NCBI GenBank assembly: GCA_000708835.1
Contig: DF236961.1
Span: 248,001-312,000 of the forward strand
Length of the DNA: 64,000 nucleotides
Reading direction: 5' to 3'
Source of the DNA: Klebsormidium nitens
Lineage: Eukaryota > Plantae > Klebsormidiophyceae
Part shown: positions 25,454-38,033 of the stretch, piece after piece
Layout of the letters: each line of letters starts with the position of its first letter
Position numbering within the stretch: the stretch's first letter is position 1
Program-made: the position numbers and the translations under genes
Notes under the pieces: generated by a model
What the model was told of the DNA's origin: nothing
The model's database searches: none
Seen by the model: only the letters and a program-made list of their open reading frames with translations

Positions 25454-27401
25454 GCGAACCGGTGCAAGAGCTTGTGACTAACGATACAATTGTACGTAAT
25501 GGGCGGACTCTCATGCACCACCAGTCCAGCATCTGAGTGTAGAATTCCTGTTCGAGTCGTCTGGCAGCAACCCTGCGCATGGGCATGCGTCTTCTCGTGC
25601 CTTCTCGAAGGGGTCACCTCTAGGCTCTAGTGCTTCTTTCGAGCCTGTCACCAGACTCCAATGCTGTTTCCCCTTGACGAACTAGGCCTGGAACTAGAAT
25701 TCTTACTGCAGGAATGCCACCATAGCAAGCTTGTGAACCTCGGAAGTCTCCCGGCAGTCAACTGGAAAGAAAAGTGCTCGAGTTGAGATTCAGTAACCCG
25801 GTATATCCAACTTGGATAAGGCAAAATCCACTCGATCGGGGTTCGTCTCTCACCGGCCCGGGGGTCCAGACCGACCACTTTGAAACATGCCAAGCTATCT
25901 AGAAGTAGGATAGGCAGAGGTAGAGATATACCGGTTATACTTGCGACCTGCCCGGGGGTCTGTTTCAAGCCAAAGCACAAAATCTGATGACTCGCGATCC
26001 AATTTCGCTGTTTCAGGAGAGTCCTATGTCAGCAAGTATCTTCGAGATCGCACGAGTCACAATTGTACTTTATAGAATCGGACGGCTCCAGGACACCAAA
26101 AGTATGACCAGCACATCAGATCGAGTGTGTCTGGTGGGAAAAGCGAATCTCGATTGACCGCACGCTGAATCTTCAGATTCACTTTCCTCGGTGCTTCGGA
26201 CATTCACACTGTGTGTGGCCCAGAGCAGTACAAGAATAAATAATCTGAGCCCAATAGGCCGGCAAATCACATGGTACCACGTGGTAACCCAGCTTGTCGG
26301 AAAGCGCGGCGCAACTGGTTTTAAAACCGTGGAACTTGTACACGTGTCGCCCGGCGAGCTCCCTGGATTTCAACTGCTAAAGCCCGGGAACTTTTGGACG
26401 GTTGACGCCGGTTGTCGCACAACTTCTGCCGGTTTCCGCTGGGTGTTGGTTATCGACGGTTGGAGTGGTTTGTCGTCGAAACGCGGTTCGTCCGCATCGC
26501 TGCCGAACATGGCCTAACAAACTCACTGCTGCATTCGACGATGTGCAACTAAACCCAGCGGTTCCGGTCAGAGTACCCTCGGTTTTCCGGCGGCAGCCTC
26601 AGACTTCAGATCAGCAGCAGTTGACTGCAGCCAAGCTTCCGTTCTGCGGTCTTCACTCATGCTGACTTTGACTTCTCCGCTGAGTCTGCAGAGTAGCAGC
26701 CCTGACTCGACAGGAAACTTCACAGGTCATAAAAGCAGCTTCGAAAACAACCATTCCCAACCATTTCCAGTTTCCTTGCAAGCAGCAAGGTTCTGCTCTC
26801 AGGCGCCTGCAGCGCCTTTCGCCCAGATCTTGCTTCTAGCATCAGGTGTCGCTGCGCTGCTTTCGTTATTCGTAGTGTCCGGTCTGCTCTTAGTTCTCAG
26901 ATCTATCTGCCCCCTGTGAAGGAAAGGATTGCTCAGCTTGAGAAAGGTGAGTTTTGGGTGCCCCGCATGAGAGCGTGCGTCAAACCTTGTTTGACGCTGC
27001 CTTTTCTGTTCGATCATTTACTCATCAAGTGATCTTGGGCAGGCGGCTAAACAGGAGGCCTTCGTAAGACCACCGTCGCTTTGCATATCATCCTAATCCA
27101 CTTTTAGCCACCTGCATGAATTTGTGCCCGGGCATTCTGTTCAGATCTGGACTGGGGGCAGGAATTCAGATCTGCACGCATGAGGCTGGGGCAGTTTTGT
27201 CTGGGGAGCTGGAACCTTTACCGAGTCTTACAAGAGGCAACCCCTCATGTGGGATCGGCTACCTGTTGCTGCCCCGAATACCTGAGATCTGATACTTGAG
27301 GCCTGCCCACAGCATACATGTAGGCTGACATTTTTTTGTGCATCTGTGCAGGCTCCAAGCACTTTTTCCGGAGCTCTACGGAGCGTCCACCAGCCTTAGA
27401 G

Positions 27402-30400
27402 ATGGCCTCAGACATGGCTGCCCTCTTGGTCAAGTTGACCGCAGCCGGGACTTCCGATGGTGACAGGAAGGAGTCTGCCCAGCAGGTGGCAGATCTCGTC
27501 AAGGAGGCTGGCATCACCATTCTCAAGGTAATGGTTGTTGGCAGCTTTGTTACTCTTTCTTCCGTTGGAAGTTACACCATTTCTCGGGTATTTGAGTTGG
27601 TTCTGCTCTTTGCACTTCCATTGTGGGTGCCCTGCTTCAGACTGTTGTTCTCAGATGCGGCCCATAGATAGGTGTTGCCTACAAAAAGCTTTTTACGCCC
27701 AAGTTTGTATTCTGCACTGTAGGCTTCTGCATGGGCATGTACTTTCTCCTCCTTTACTTTGGCTTTTAATAATTGGCTTTGCGTCTCCACAGGCAACGGG
27801 CCTCATTGAGGCACTGAAGAAGGCATGTGTGGACAAGAAGAACGCTGGGGCCAAGGAGGGTGCCGCGCTTGCTATCAATGCGCTGGCAACCACTGTGGGC
27901 CAGCCCATGGAGCCCTACCTCGTGCCCCTGCTGCCCAACATCCTTGCCCTCTATGCGGACAAGGTAAAACATATTACTTAGTCTCATTTGGCTGGACCTG
28001 GGCCCCTAGAAATGACGGTTCAAGTAGAAATGAGGGTTCAGCTGTGGCCTTTTCATTGGTTGTTTGCATGCAGTGCAATTGTGCTTGTTTAGAAGCAGAC
28101 ACCGGTAAGTTTCTTGGCAGACCGACTTGTCTTTCCTGGTAAAGCTAATACATTAGCAGCCAAGACCTGATGCAATTGTTACTTTTGTCCCAGGTGTCTG
28201 TCAAGGCTGCGGCGGAGAAGGCTGCCAAGACCATTGTTGACAACATCAACATCTACGGTGTCAAGAACCTGCTGACTATCCTCTTTGAGTCTCTCGAGGC
28301 TAAGCACAAGTGGCAGACCCGCGTGGGGGCCCTGGTCCTCATTGGCTCTCTGGCAAAGATCGCCCCCGACCAGCTGGCTAACTGCCTGATTGATGTTGTG
28401 CCGACGGTGTCCCAGTACATGTCTGATGCGAAGACCCAGGTTGCGGTGAGCACGCGCTCTATCTTTACCAGACCCCTCTAGCAGAGCTTGCAAACCTGGA
28501 TGTTGCATATGTTTAGGAGCAGTGCTAGTCACGCTTGTGTAAGACTTCAGACTCTTGCATTAAGAGCAGGCAACCGATTTGGTTTGCAGTTGTTCTGCAA
28601 TGACTGCAGATAGATTTTGTATTGCATCTGAGCTCTCTCAACTGCCGACAGCTTTGACACCGACAGTGATGGGATGGGATTGATTTGTGGTCCCGAATAG
28701 GGTTGTGTTGTCTTTGTTGTTTCTCATGTCTCTGGCCATTGTGTTGCAGGACGCGGCTGTCGTCTGCATGAACGAGACTTGCAGTGTCGTTGGCAACATT
28801 GATATTGAGCCTTTCGTGCCCAGCCTCATCAGCTGTATCCCCCGCCCCGAGGAGGTGCCTGAGTGCGTGCATGGCTTGGCATCCACCACCTTTGTTCAGG
28901 TACAGCTTTCAAGCTTCCTGTTTGAATATCAGCTTGTGTCCTTGTTCGCCATGGGGAGTGTGGCCAGAGGTAGGTTAGAGCGGTGACAGCATGGGGAATG
29001 AGTCTTAGGTATTGGGCCAATGCCTATCAGGATGCTGTGGAGAGAAGACGCTATTAGGATGGGATGAAAAGCTTCCTTGAGAGGAACAGGGTGGAAAGCT
29101 TCTTTGCGTCATTCTAGGGTTTGGGCTATCCACGCATAACTGAAGCTGAAGCTGTCACAAGTTGCTCTACATGCTCCATAACTGCACCGATCGCCAGTTG
29201 CTGACATCACCTCTCCTCGCGACAGGCTGTGCGTGCCCCCACCCTGTCCCTCATGGTGCCCCTCCTGCTCCGTGGTCTGCGTGAGCGCGCCACGACTATC
29301 CGCCGTCAGACCTGCAAGATCATTGACAACATGGTCCAGCTGGTCGACGACCCGGCTGACGCTGAGTGCTTCCTGCCCCTGCTCCTGCCCGGGCTCGAGA
29401 AGGCTGCCAATGAGATTGCTGACCCTGAGGCCCGGACTGTGGCTGTCAAGGCGTTTGCCACGCTGAAGAGGGTGTCTGGCCACGGCAAGGCCGAGGAGCA
29501 GAAGTTCCCCTCAGCGGCTCCCAAGAAGGTGGAGCAGCAGGTTGGGCCTTCCTCTCTTTTTCAGTAGTTTGCTTAGCTGGAGATGCAGCATCTTTCTATT
29601 GTCAGCCCTTCATTCTAGACTCAGGCTGGCCGATGTTGGTGCTTCTCACGGAGTGATATGGTGGCCTGGATGGGCTTAAGGTCCTATCCTTTGTGGTGTT
29701 GCTTGGATGATGTGTGCATTGCTACACGGCAAGTGTTACAGAAGAAGTTGTGTTGTGCCTACTTCAGCTGTCTCCTGAGAATTAGTTGCTTATAAGCTTC
29801 TTGTTGTGCCAGGTTGTGCTTTCTCTGGCCAAGGAGGCCACCGTCAAGGTGGACGCTGCCTTCGCCCCCTCTGTGGAGTATGTCAGCAATGTGATCACCA
29901 CCATGGTTGCGGAGCAGAACTTCCTGTACGACCACTGGAAGTCACAGGTAGGCAGAAAGTGTTGTTGGTGGGAAGTCGTTGTGTGAGGTTCTCAACAGAG
30001 GTTTTGGTGTGTGCTTGAAACAGTCAAGAGATTGTGTGTTTTATAATGAACACTGTGTCATGCTTAGGCCGTCTTGTGAGCAGTTAAAGTTCAGAGGCGT
30101 TGGCTTATTAGGGTTCTGCCAGTTCTTTCCTGAGATGGATTTCTGTTGCTCATCAGTCATTCCTCCTCCTTCCAGGCTGTCGCCCCGTACCTGGGCTCCC
30201 TGATGGCTGAGACAGAGGTTGACAATGTGACCCAGAGCCTGCTGGACAAGCTGCTCCAGGAGACCCAGGGCAAGAAGGTCAATGATGATGATGAGGAGCA
30301 GGGCGAGGACCTGTGCAACTGCGAGTTCAGCCTGGCCTATGGTGCCAAGATTCTGCTCAACAACGCACACCTCAGGTTGAAGAGGGGCAAGCGGTACGGG

Positions 30401-33400
30401 CTGTGCGGGCCCAACGGGGCTGGCAAGGTGAGGAGCCTGCAGGTTTCCGATTTGGGACACTGAAAGATGTGGATGAGGACAAGTTGCCAGAGTTTAGGGT
30501 TGCAGTTTCCCGGAAAGGAGGTCTGTGCGTGCCCCGGGAGAAAGTTTCAGGGTTTACTGCGTGCTGTTGGTATAAGCCTGTATCCCTATGTAGTTTTTAG
30601 GGAACACCTCTTCAACCAGTACTTGTTAGGGAACGTCTCTTCAACCAATACCTCTCCAACCCATTCTCTGGCTGTATCCTTTTGGTTGTAAACAGTCTGA
30701 TCCAGATACTCGTTCTTGTCTGCAGTCCACCCTGATGCGCGCCATCGCCAACGGCCAGCTTGAGGGCTTCCCCCCCAAGGACCAACTGCGTACCGTCTAT
30801 GTCGAGCACGACATCGACGCCTCTGAGGCCGAGACCCCCGTCGTGGAGTTTGTCTTCTCTGACCCTGCTCTCCAGGGCACCTCTGCTCCCAGCCACAAGG
30901 AGGTTGAGGAGACCCTCTCCAGCGTTGGCTTCACGGACGCCATGCAGCAGGGCCCTGTTACCGCCCTCTCTGGAGGCTGGAAGATGAAGCTCGCCCTCGC
31001 CAGGGCCATGCTCATGAAGGCAGACATCTTCCTGGTAAGGACGGTTTGTCCAACTTTTCCATGATGTATTGCATTGGGAAACATTCTATTTTTCGTGCAT
31101 TGCTGGGAGCCCTTCACTGAAAGCCCTATCATCTGCAGTGAGGGTTCTTGCAGACTCTGCTTGTTGCTTTGTGCTGGTCAGGGTTTGTACTACATCGTGG
31201 TTTTCCAGGCTGACTGCCTAATATGTCCAGCGTCTGATCCTCTGTCTCTACTTATCTGCAGCTGGACGAGCCTACTAACCATCTTGACACCAAGAACGTC
31301 GCCTGGATCGTCAACTACCTGACCAACCTCCCCAATGTCACCTCCATGATCGTGTCCCACGACTCTGGCTTCCTCGACAACGTCTGCACAGGCATCATCC
31401 ATTATGAGGGCAAGAAGCTCAGAACCTACAAGGGTAACCTCTCCGAGTTTGTCAAGGTCCGCCCCGAGGCCGCTGCCTACTACAAGCTGGAGGCTTCCAG
31501 CACCACTTTCAAGCTCCCTGAGCCCGGTTTCTTGGAGGGCGTCAAGACCAAGTCCAAGGCCATCATCAAGATGTCCAAGGTTGGCTACACGTAAGTTCCG
31601 CATCCTCGTATCTGAGGACACTGCTGATGATCTGCTTTGTGCAAAATGCACATTTTGCTGTCATCTTTAGAGACTTTTTCGAAATTACTGTCCCGCTTGT
31701 CAGTGCCTTTTGTTGCACCTACCCATCAACTGCAGAATTAGCGATTCAGCTTTGAAGTCCAATCAGGCCCCACGTGAGGGGAGCAGGCTACCAGGCACAC
31801 TAAAGTAGATGGAACAATGAGGGAGAACATGTCATCGTTCTTAGGAAAGATAATGAGACAAAATCTGATCTTGTGTGCTTCTGTCTGCAGCTACCCCGGC
31901 ACTGATAGGAAGATTATCAGTGACATCAGCCTGGCCTGCTCACTGCTGAGCCGTGTGGCGGTTATCGGCCCCAACGGTGCTGGCAAGTCCACCATGATCA
32001 AGGTCCTGACTGGAGAGTTGGAGCCTCAGGAGGGCATGGTCTGGAAGCACCCGAACTTGCGGGTTGCCTACGTGGCCCAGCACGCTTTCCACCACATTGA
32101 GCAGGTGAGAAACTTTGCCATTCTGATCCAACTCTGCAGTCAGCAATTTTGATGTCATCAGATGCAACAAATTGAAAACCGCAATCAGCTGCAATCAGAT
32201 TGAAAAGAGCTTAGTCTTGGGTGTGCTTGTTGATTGGTGCATTCTTCGCTGTACTTTGGTTTGGCTGTTCAGTTGATGCTCTCAAATTTGGTTGCTTTGG
32301 AACCCGCTTCTTCTCGAGTGCAAAATCTGCTTTTTCACTTTCATGAATCTGACCTGTCTCTCTTATGTCTGCAGCACTTGGACAAGACCCCCAACGAGTA
32401 CATCCAGTGGCGGTATGCCATCGGTGAGGACCGCGAGTCGCTGTCCAAGACGCACAGGCAGGCGACTGAGGAGGAGGAGAAGCTGATGGCTAAGCAGCAC
32501 GTGATTGACGGCCAGAAGCGGGTAGTGGAGAAGATTCTGAGCAGGAGGAAGCTCAAAAACAGCTACGAGTACGAGGTGCGGTTCGTCAACGGGACGCCTG
32601 ACGACGATGTGTGGATGAAGAGGACAGAGTAAGTGACGTGGCTGTTTACTTTCCTTCATCCTGGCTCTTGATAACCTCTGCCAAAGTACTCTTCTTTGAG
32701 AGCTTTGAGTGTTTGAGCATCTGAGCAGCGGAGATGCATCTAGGTTTTAGTCAATTGCGCCATAGCTGGGCCAACTCGATGTGCTGCCAAACAGCTGGAC
32801 GTTCTTTTTGTTTTGCTTTTTGAAGTCGCCCTATGGTTCAGTTCGCCCCTGATCGATTCTTTATCTTGCTTGAAAGGTGTTTTTACTGGTTGTGTCAGTC
32901 CTGAGTTTCAAGAACGATTTGCGACCATCTTCTGACCCGTGTGATTCTTTGCTTCTTCAGGCTTGAGGACATGGGCTTCACCAAGATGGTGAACGAGATC
33001 GACATGAAGGAGGCTGCGCGGTTGGGTCTGCACTCCAAGCCCCTCACCAAGCGGGGTATTGAGAAGCATCTCGAGGATGTCGGCATCGAGCCGGAGGTCG
33101 GCTCCCACACCAGGATGCGCGGGTTGTCGGGCGGGCAGAAGGTCAAGGTCGTGCTGGCGGCTGCTATGTGGCTGAACCCTCACATGGTAAGTGTCTCTGT
33201 CTGCCTCTGCCTAGCCTGGTTTTGCGGTGTCTGCCTCTGCCTAGCCTGGTTTTGCGGTGACAAAAGGAGGGTGTTTCTGCATCTGTGTTGTTCAGCCATC
33301 TTTTCATTCGAAGCTCAATTGTGATGGATGTTCTGACCATGCAGTGACGGGAGTGGTAATTTGCCAGTAGTAGTAGCAGTTTGGCTGCAACTCGTCTGTG

Positions 33401-34094
33401 CTGTAGTTGCGAGCAAGTCTGCACATGCTCATATTTTCCCCTTATTCTATTCTGCAGTTGGTCCTGGACGAGCCCACCAACTACTTGGACCGGGAGTCGC
33501 TCGGTGCTTTGGCTGGTGCCATCCGGGAGTATGGCGGCGGTGTTGTCATGATCTCACATAACTCTGGTGAGTCCCTTCCTTCATCTTTCTCCTGTATCTG
33601 CCCCGCTCATAAGCCCCTTACGACCTTTGTTGTCTTCTGCCTCGTGGATTTATCGAGGCTGCTTCTCTTTGTGCTCGACCATGCTGTGCATCGATGTAGT
33701 CTATCCCGATTTTTGGGAGTGGGATGTGTTGCACAGAGTGGGTGAGTTGCTTTCATGTCACAATCCGCAACAGTTCAAAAAGCCCTCAACAGTCCGTGTT
33801 CTGAACGAAACATCCCTCCATCCTGCAGAGTTCACCAAGGAGCTGTGCGGCGAGACCTGGTTGATGGACGCTGGCAGGCTGACCGCTACGGGTGTGCCCG
33901 AGTACCTGACTGGCCAGGGTGACAAGGTTGAGTGGAAGCGGGAGGAGACCATGATCGATGCCTTGGGTAACGAGGTTAAGATCAAGCAGCCCAAGAAGAA
34001 GCTCAGCAGACAGGAGCTGAAGAAGAAGGAGAAGATCCGGAAGGCCAAGCTCGCTCGGGGTGAGGAGGTCAGCGACTCCGAGGATGACGAGTAG
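27402..34094 (+). CDS. eEF3: Translation elongation factor 3 (eEF3; HEAT repeats + two ABC domains with chromodomain insert), 1035 aa
   Basis: 14 exons in phase: 27402-27527, 27793-27963, 28194-28445, 28750-28899, 29226-29540, 29813-29947, 30176-30427, 30726-31034, 31262-31590, 31891-32104, 32375-32628, 32961-33186, 33458-33566, 33829-34094. HEAT region, ABC1 [30 protein letters not shown]2 GPNGAGKST with chromo insert ([12 protein letters not shown]), [17 protein letters not shown], basic tail ending SDSEDDE. Confidence 0.96.
33198..33259. repeat. Perfect 30-bp tandem duplication in eEF3 intron 12
   Basis: TGTCTGCCTCTGCCTAGCCTGGTTTTGCGG at 33198-33227 and 33228-33257. Confidence 0.95.
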
Positions 34095-35834
34095 ACGGGG
34101 TTCTGAGGGTTTTGGTCGGAAGGAGTCATGGCGAAAGCCGAACTGAGTCGGGGGGAGGGGTGTTTTTGAGTCACTGCATCGCGCAAAGCGCATGCCGGGG
34201 GTCCTGGGGGAGGGGAGGTAAAAGGCACTGCATAAACGAGAGTTTGATTACATTTGTCAAATGACAATATATAAACAAACCATTCTTTCGCTGCCAAGTG
34301 TCCGGGGTTCTGTGTTGGGACTGGTAGGGCAGATTGCCTCGGTCCACACGGGACAGGGGTGAGGGGGGGTACAATAGACGGGCATGGGGGAAGTCAGTAG
34401 AGTGAATTCACTTGGCAGCTTCCAAGGTAGAATAAACTCCGCTCTGCAAGCAGAGATCAAACTCGACAGGAAGAGTGTTCAAAGTGTGGTCCAGTAAACT
34501 ATCTCCGTCTGTTGAGGCTGACAAAAGCATCACGCAGTAACAGTAACCATTTTAGTATACCATACAATTCATTGAACTTGCAACTTGAATTGATTGTTAC
34601 AACTTTGTGCGCTGAGATTGATGTTATTCCAGTCCCTTGTCTGCTTTCACACGCATACATTCCGTTTCACCAGTTACACTTACAATGAATTTTGTGTAAT
34701 GATTTGAAGTACAGATTCTTAGAAAGTGTATGTATTCAACGGTATGTATTAGCAAAAAATGCCCTGCACTAAATTCTCTACTGTTGACGAGTACTGGGGG
34801 GATGTTTGAATGAAATACCAGCGTCTACATCATATCAGGCTGGTAGAATCCTAATTGACTAGTGCAGTTCGATGCATCCAATTATGCCTCATGTTTTGTG
34901 TTCATTTACCGTCTGCGCGCCATACAGCTTAATTGCAAGTGCATCATGCATGTCAAACATTGTCCATGATTAATCAAGTATGCGCGTACATGATGAACAC
35001 AAGGTATTAATACATGTGTTACAGCGTGACAGTGTCACGCTGGCGCGCCTGCCATCCGTGTATTGTATACGTATACAACTTTGGTAAGATTGTTGGATAT
35101 AACTTGCACGTGTTGCAGTCCGGGTTCATTTTACCTAATTATAATACGCTTGTGACGCATGCAGGGAGAATGAGTCGGAGTCTGCGCGTCAGAGTGCAAC
35201 TATCAGAAGAAACCAGGCTTATGAGCTATGGCTGACAATTCCGAGTCGTACTATGGCGTACGGTAATTCAGTGCAAGCCGAGGCTTGGTGTCACTGCATG
35301 ATACCAATCATCGACGTGAACACTGATGCATATCATGCGAAGGGACTGAACATAAGGCCTCCCATGCATAGCTTATAGCCGCCATGGGCCCTGTACGTGA
35401 TTAAAAAGCTAGATCGAAACATGGTGAAGCTTCAACGTTCTCAGGAAGCCTTCAAGACTACAATTGGACCATGCAGTACGTATGCGCTACTTCAAAGATC
35501 CTTGGCAAAAAAGAGAACCTCAGCGAGTTACTGAGCTCCCTGTCAACTGGCAAACAATCATCGCGGCAGCCTCCTCTGACTTTCACCAGTGTTTATCAAG
35601 CTACCTGAAATTTCTGACGTTTTCGTTTTAAATGATCCTCCAAAGAATTTTCTCTGAGGCGAGAATGTATTGTGTTCCTTGCAGAAAATCTCAGACACCA
35701 ATAGAGATTGTTTTATCCATGTAAGCTTATCAAATGCTTCGCAAGCGACACACTGCCATCGGTGTCTTCCATCGCAGAGAATGGTCATCGAAGACGTCTA
35801 CGACCTCACTCTAGTGCAGGTTATCTGAACTTAC

Positions 35835-38033
35835 GGGCTACAAGTTGCGAAGAATGTCCGTCGCTTGCGGTTACACGATAGGAAACGAGTCCAGGAGTGT
35901 GAGCATTGAGAACCCAGTTGATACCCCACCTGCAATAGACCCAAGAAGATGTACTGAGGATCTTCAGAGAACTTACAAGAGGTTTGAACCAAGACTTATA
36001 CGGCCTCCCTCGGAATCATTCAAGATCCTTAAATGCAATTCACAAAATATCCTAGCTAGACTTCCTGAAAGCAAGAAGGGTTGAGCGCCTGTGTTGAACG
36101 ATTGATTTCAACGGCCAAGCTCCTGATTTGCAGTGTTAACAGATGTGTCATTGGCTGCCAGCCACTCCCACCGTGAGCTTCAACGAACTTGACCGGACCG
36201 GCACAGCCGACGTTCTGCAAAGACAAAACGCTGTCACATAATACCAGATTGATCTGCGTAAGCCGTCTTCCCGAGTCGCAAGGTGTGCTCGAGTGGAGTC
36301 CAAAGTCTGGTACAAAAACGAGTAACTATGAATTGATCCTCTCCGAAGTTCTGATGATGAACAACCCTTAAGATGAGGATAGTTGGTCTTGGTCAGGTTT
36401 CGATCGAAGGCAAGAAGAGCACTGTCAAGATCTTGAGACAGTTGCATCTTACCTGAACGAGGATTGCGAAGTATTTAGGGTTGGTGCCAGGATCCATGCG
36501 GATTACGATGTTGCTAGTTGTCGGGCATTTGATCCTGCCGAATGGCCAAGTGTCGAGGTTATAGCAAGCTGTAATGATGGTTCAGCAAGCTCTTAACATG
36601 TATAGTCAGATTAACTCTTAAGGAGGGAGGTCCACGGCTTCGTGCAATGCCTCAATCACTTGACGGCTGGTGTGTAATTCGTAAGTACCTCTGTAAGCCA
36701 AGCCGGTAGGCTAAGGCATTCGAAGCAATTCAAAGCAGTCAAGAAGCATAGGGTTAGGCGTGCTGACGGTTGAATCTCGATGTCGATCACACCAGCAGTA
36801 GGATTGGCAATCTGAGCGAAAGCGGAGGAGCTAAGATCGAAGTGATATGTTGCGCATTCATCCGTCGCGAGAACCTGCAAAAGTCGAAAAGGACCGTGTC
36901 TCTAGAGTTGCCTTCTCCAGTTTCATTAAAAATGCATTGTTTGAAAGCTTGGTAAAGCTCACCAACCGATCCTGGCTACTCACACAAAGACTCCTTTGTG
37001 GCTTGCGAAAGAGTGTGCCCGGACGAAAGCCTTGCCTTATCGAGTTCTTCAAACATAATCGAACAAGATATAACGGCTTGCAGCAAAATCAGACCTTTTT
37101 CTGCTGCAACTGTGTATAGGTACTTCACCTCGACACTGCCGGGCTTGCAGAAAGACTTCGAGTTGCTGCCCGGCACGCAAGAAACGACGTAGCACTGGCC
37201 GCAGCCGAGGCCGTTCTGCACAGTGCAGCACATTCAAGGGTGAGTTCTTTCATCTTTCACCTTTCACCATATTTTCTATATGCTCACTTTGTGTTCAATT
37301 TGAGCAGATTTTTTCGACTTTGAATCGTCTGGACTGGAGACAAGTTCAGCATATCCTGCTGAGAAGGACCTGAACCCGACCTGAACCGAAAGCTTCATCA
37401 AGACAGGACCTTGCTTGCACGGTGAAATTTTGAGGGGACACTTATATGATCCACTAGGTTAGGAACAAGAACGAGAATATGGAGGTATAAGTGCCCATAC
37501 AGAGGCAAATCAAGGGACTGATCTGCCTTACCTGGTATAGGTCGGGGCCAAGAGCAACAATGTTCGTTTGTGGTACGTTGCCTGCGCACATTGAGAGAAC
37601 GTCTTGTCAAAAGAAGGATGGGTCTTCAGGAAGACCGGAACACTCCAGGAGATAAGGGAGACGAAGGAGCCAGAACCAGGTTAACGAGCGCTGAACTTCT
37701 CTTAGCCTAGGAATCGACATCGATGAGCGACTTACCATAGCCACATGCTCCTCCTGCAAAGGAAAAAGACAGTACTTTCAGACACAGCTTCTCATGATGC
37801 TAAATAGGGATATCCAATTGACGAATCTGAAAGGCTTCTCTTTTGGCGGTTCAAAGACGGAGTATTCGCCTCGAGCTGATGATTGGATCAGAAGGAATTA
37901 TCCTGAGATATTTCACGGCAATATTTGTCTCACCGTTTCCAGCGCCGTAGTAGAAGGTTGCAGTAGCTCCAGATGTGATCTTGTTTCCGGAAGCAGTGTA
38001 CTTGCCTGAGACATATGCAGTAGACACCAGCAT
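35835..38033 (-). CDS. Expansin (DPBB/GH45-like + CBM63 domains); true start and last exon unresolved
   Basis: Exons ~38033-37934, 37753-37736, 37581-37532, 37215-37129, 36874-36768, 36534-36453, 36214-36141, 35929-35835 join in phase: ATATFYYGAGN-GGACGYG-NVPQTNIVALGPDLYQ-NGLGCGQCYVVSC...C-VLATDECATYHFDLSSSAF...-IKCP...YFAILVQ-NVGCAG...WQPMTHLWGINW...SYRVTASDG. A hydrophobic signal-like stretch extends upstream to an AG near 38060. Confidence 0.88.

Noticed and set aside
26278-26348. Two CACGTG G-boxes (one ABRE-like ACGTGTC) in the TolB-like/eEF3 divergent region
   Set aside because: Six-base motifs are expected at about this frequency by chance; no supporting data.
30601-30655. 29-bp-period imperfect duplication in eEF3 intron 7
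   Set aside because: Ordinary small intronic duplication, not involving an exon edge.
35558-35790. Candidate last exon of the expansin (QRKFFGGSFKTK... or alternatives)
   Set aside because: Several AG options fit phase 1 and none gives a convincing expansin C-terminus; left unassigned.
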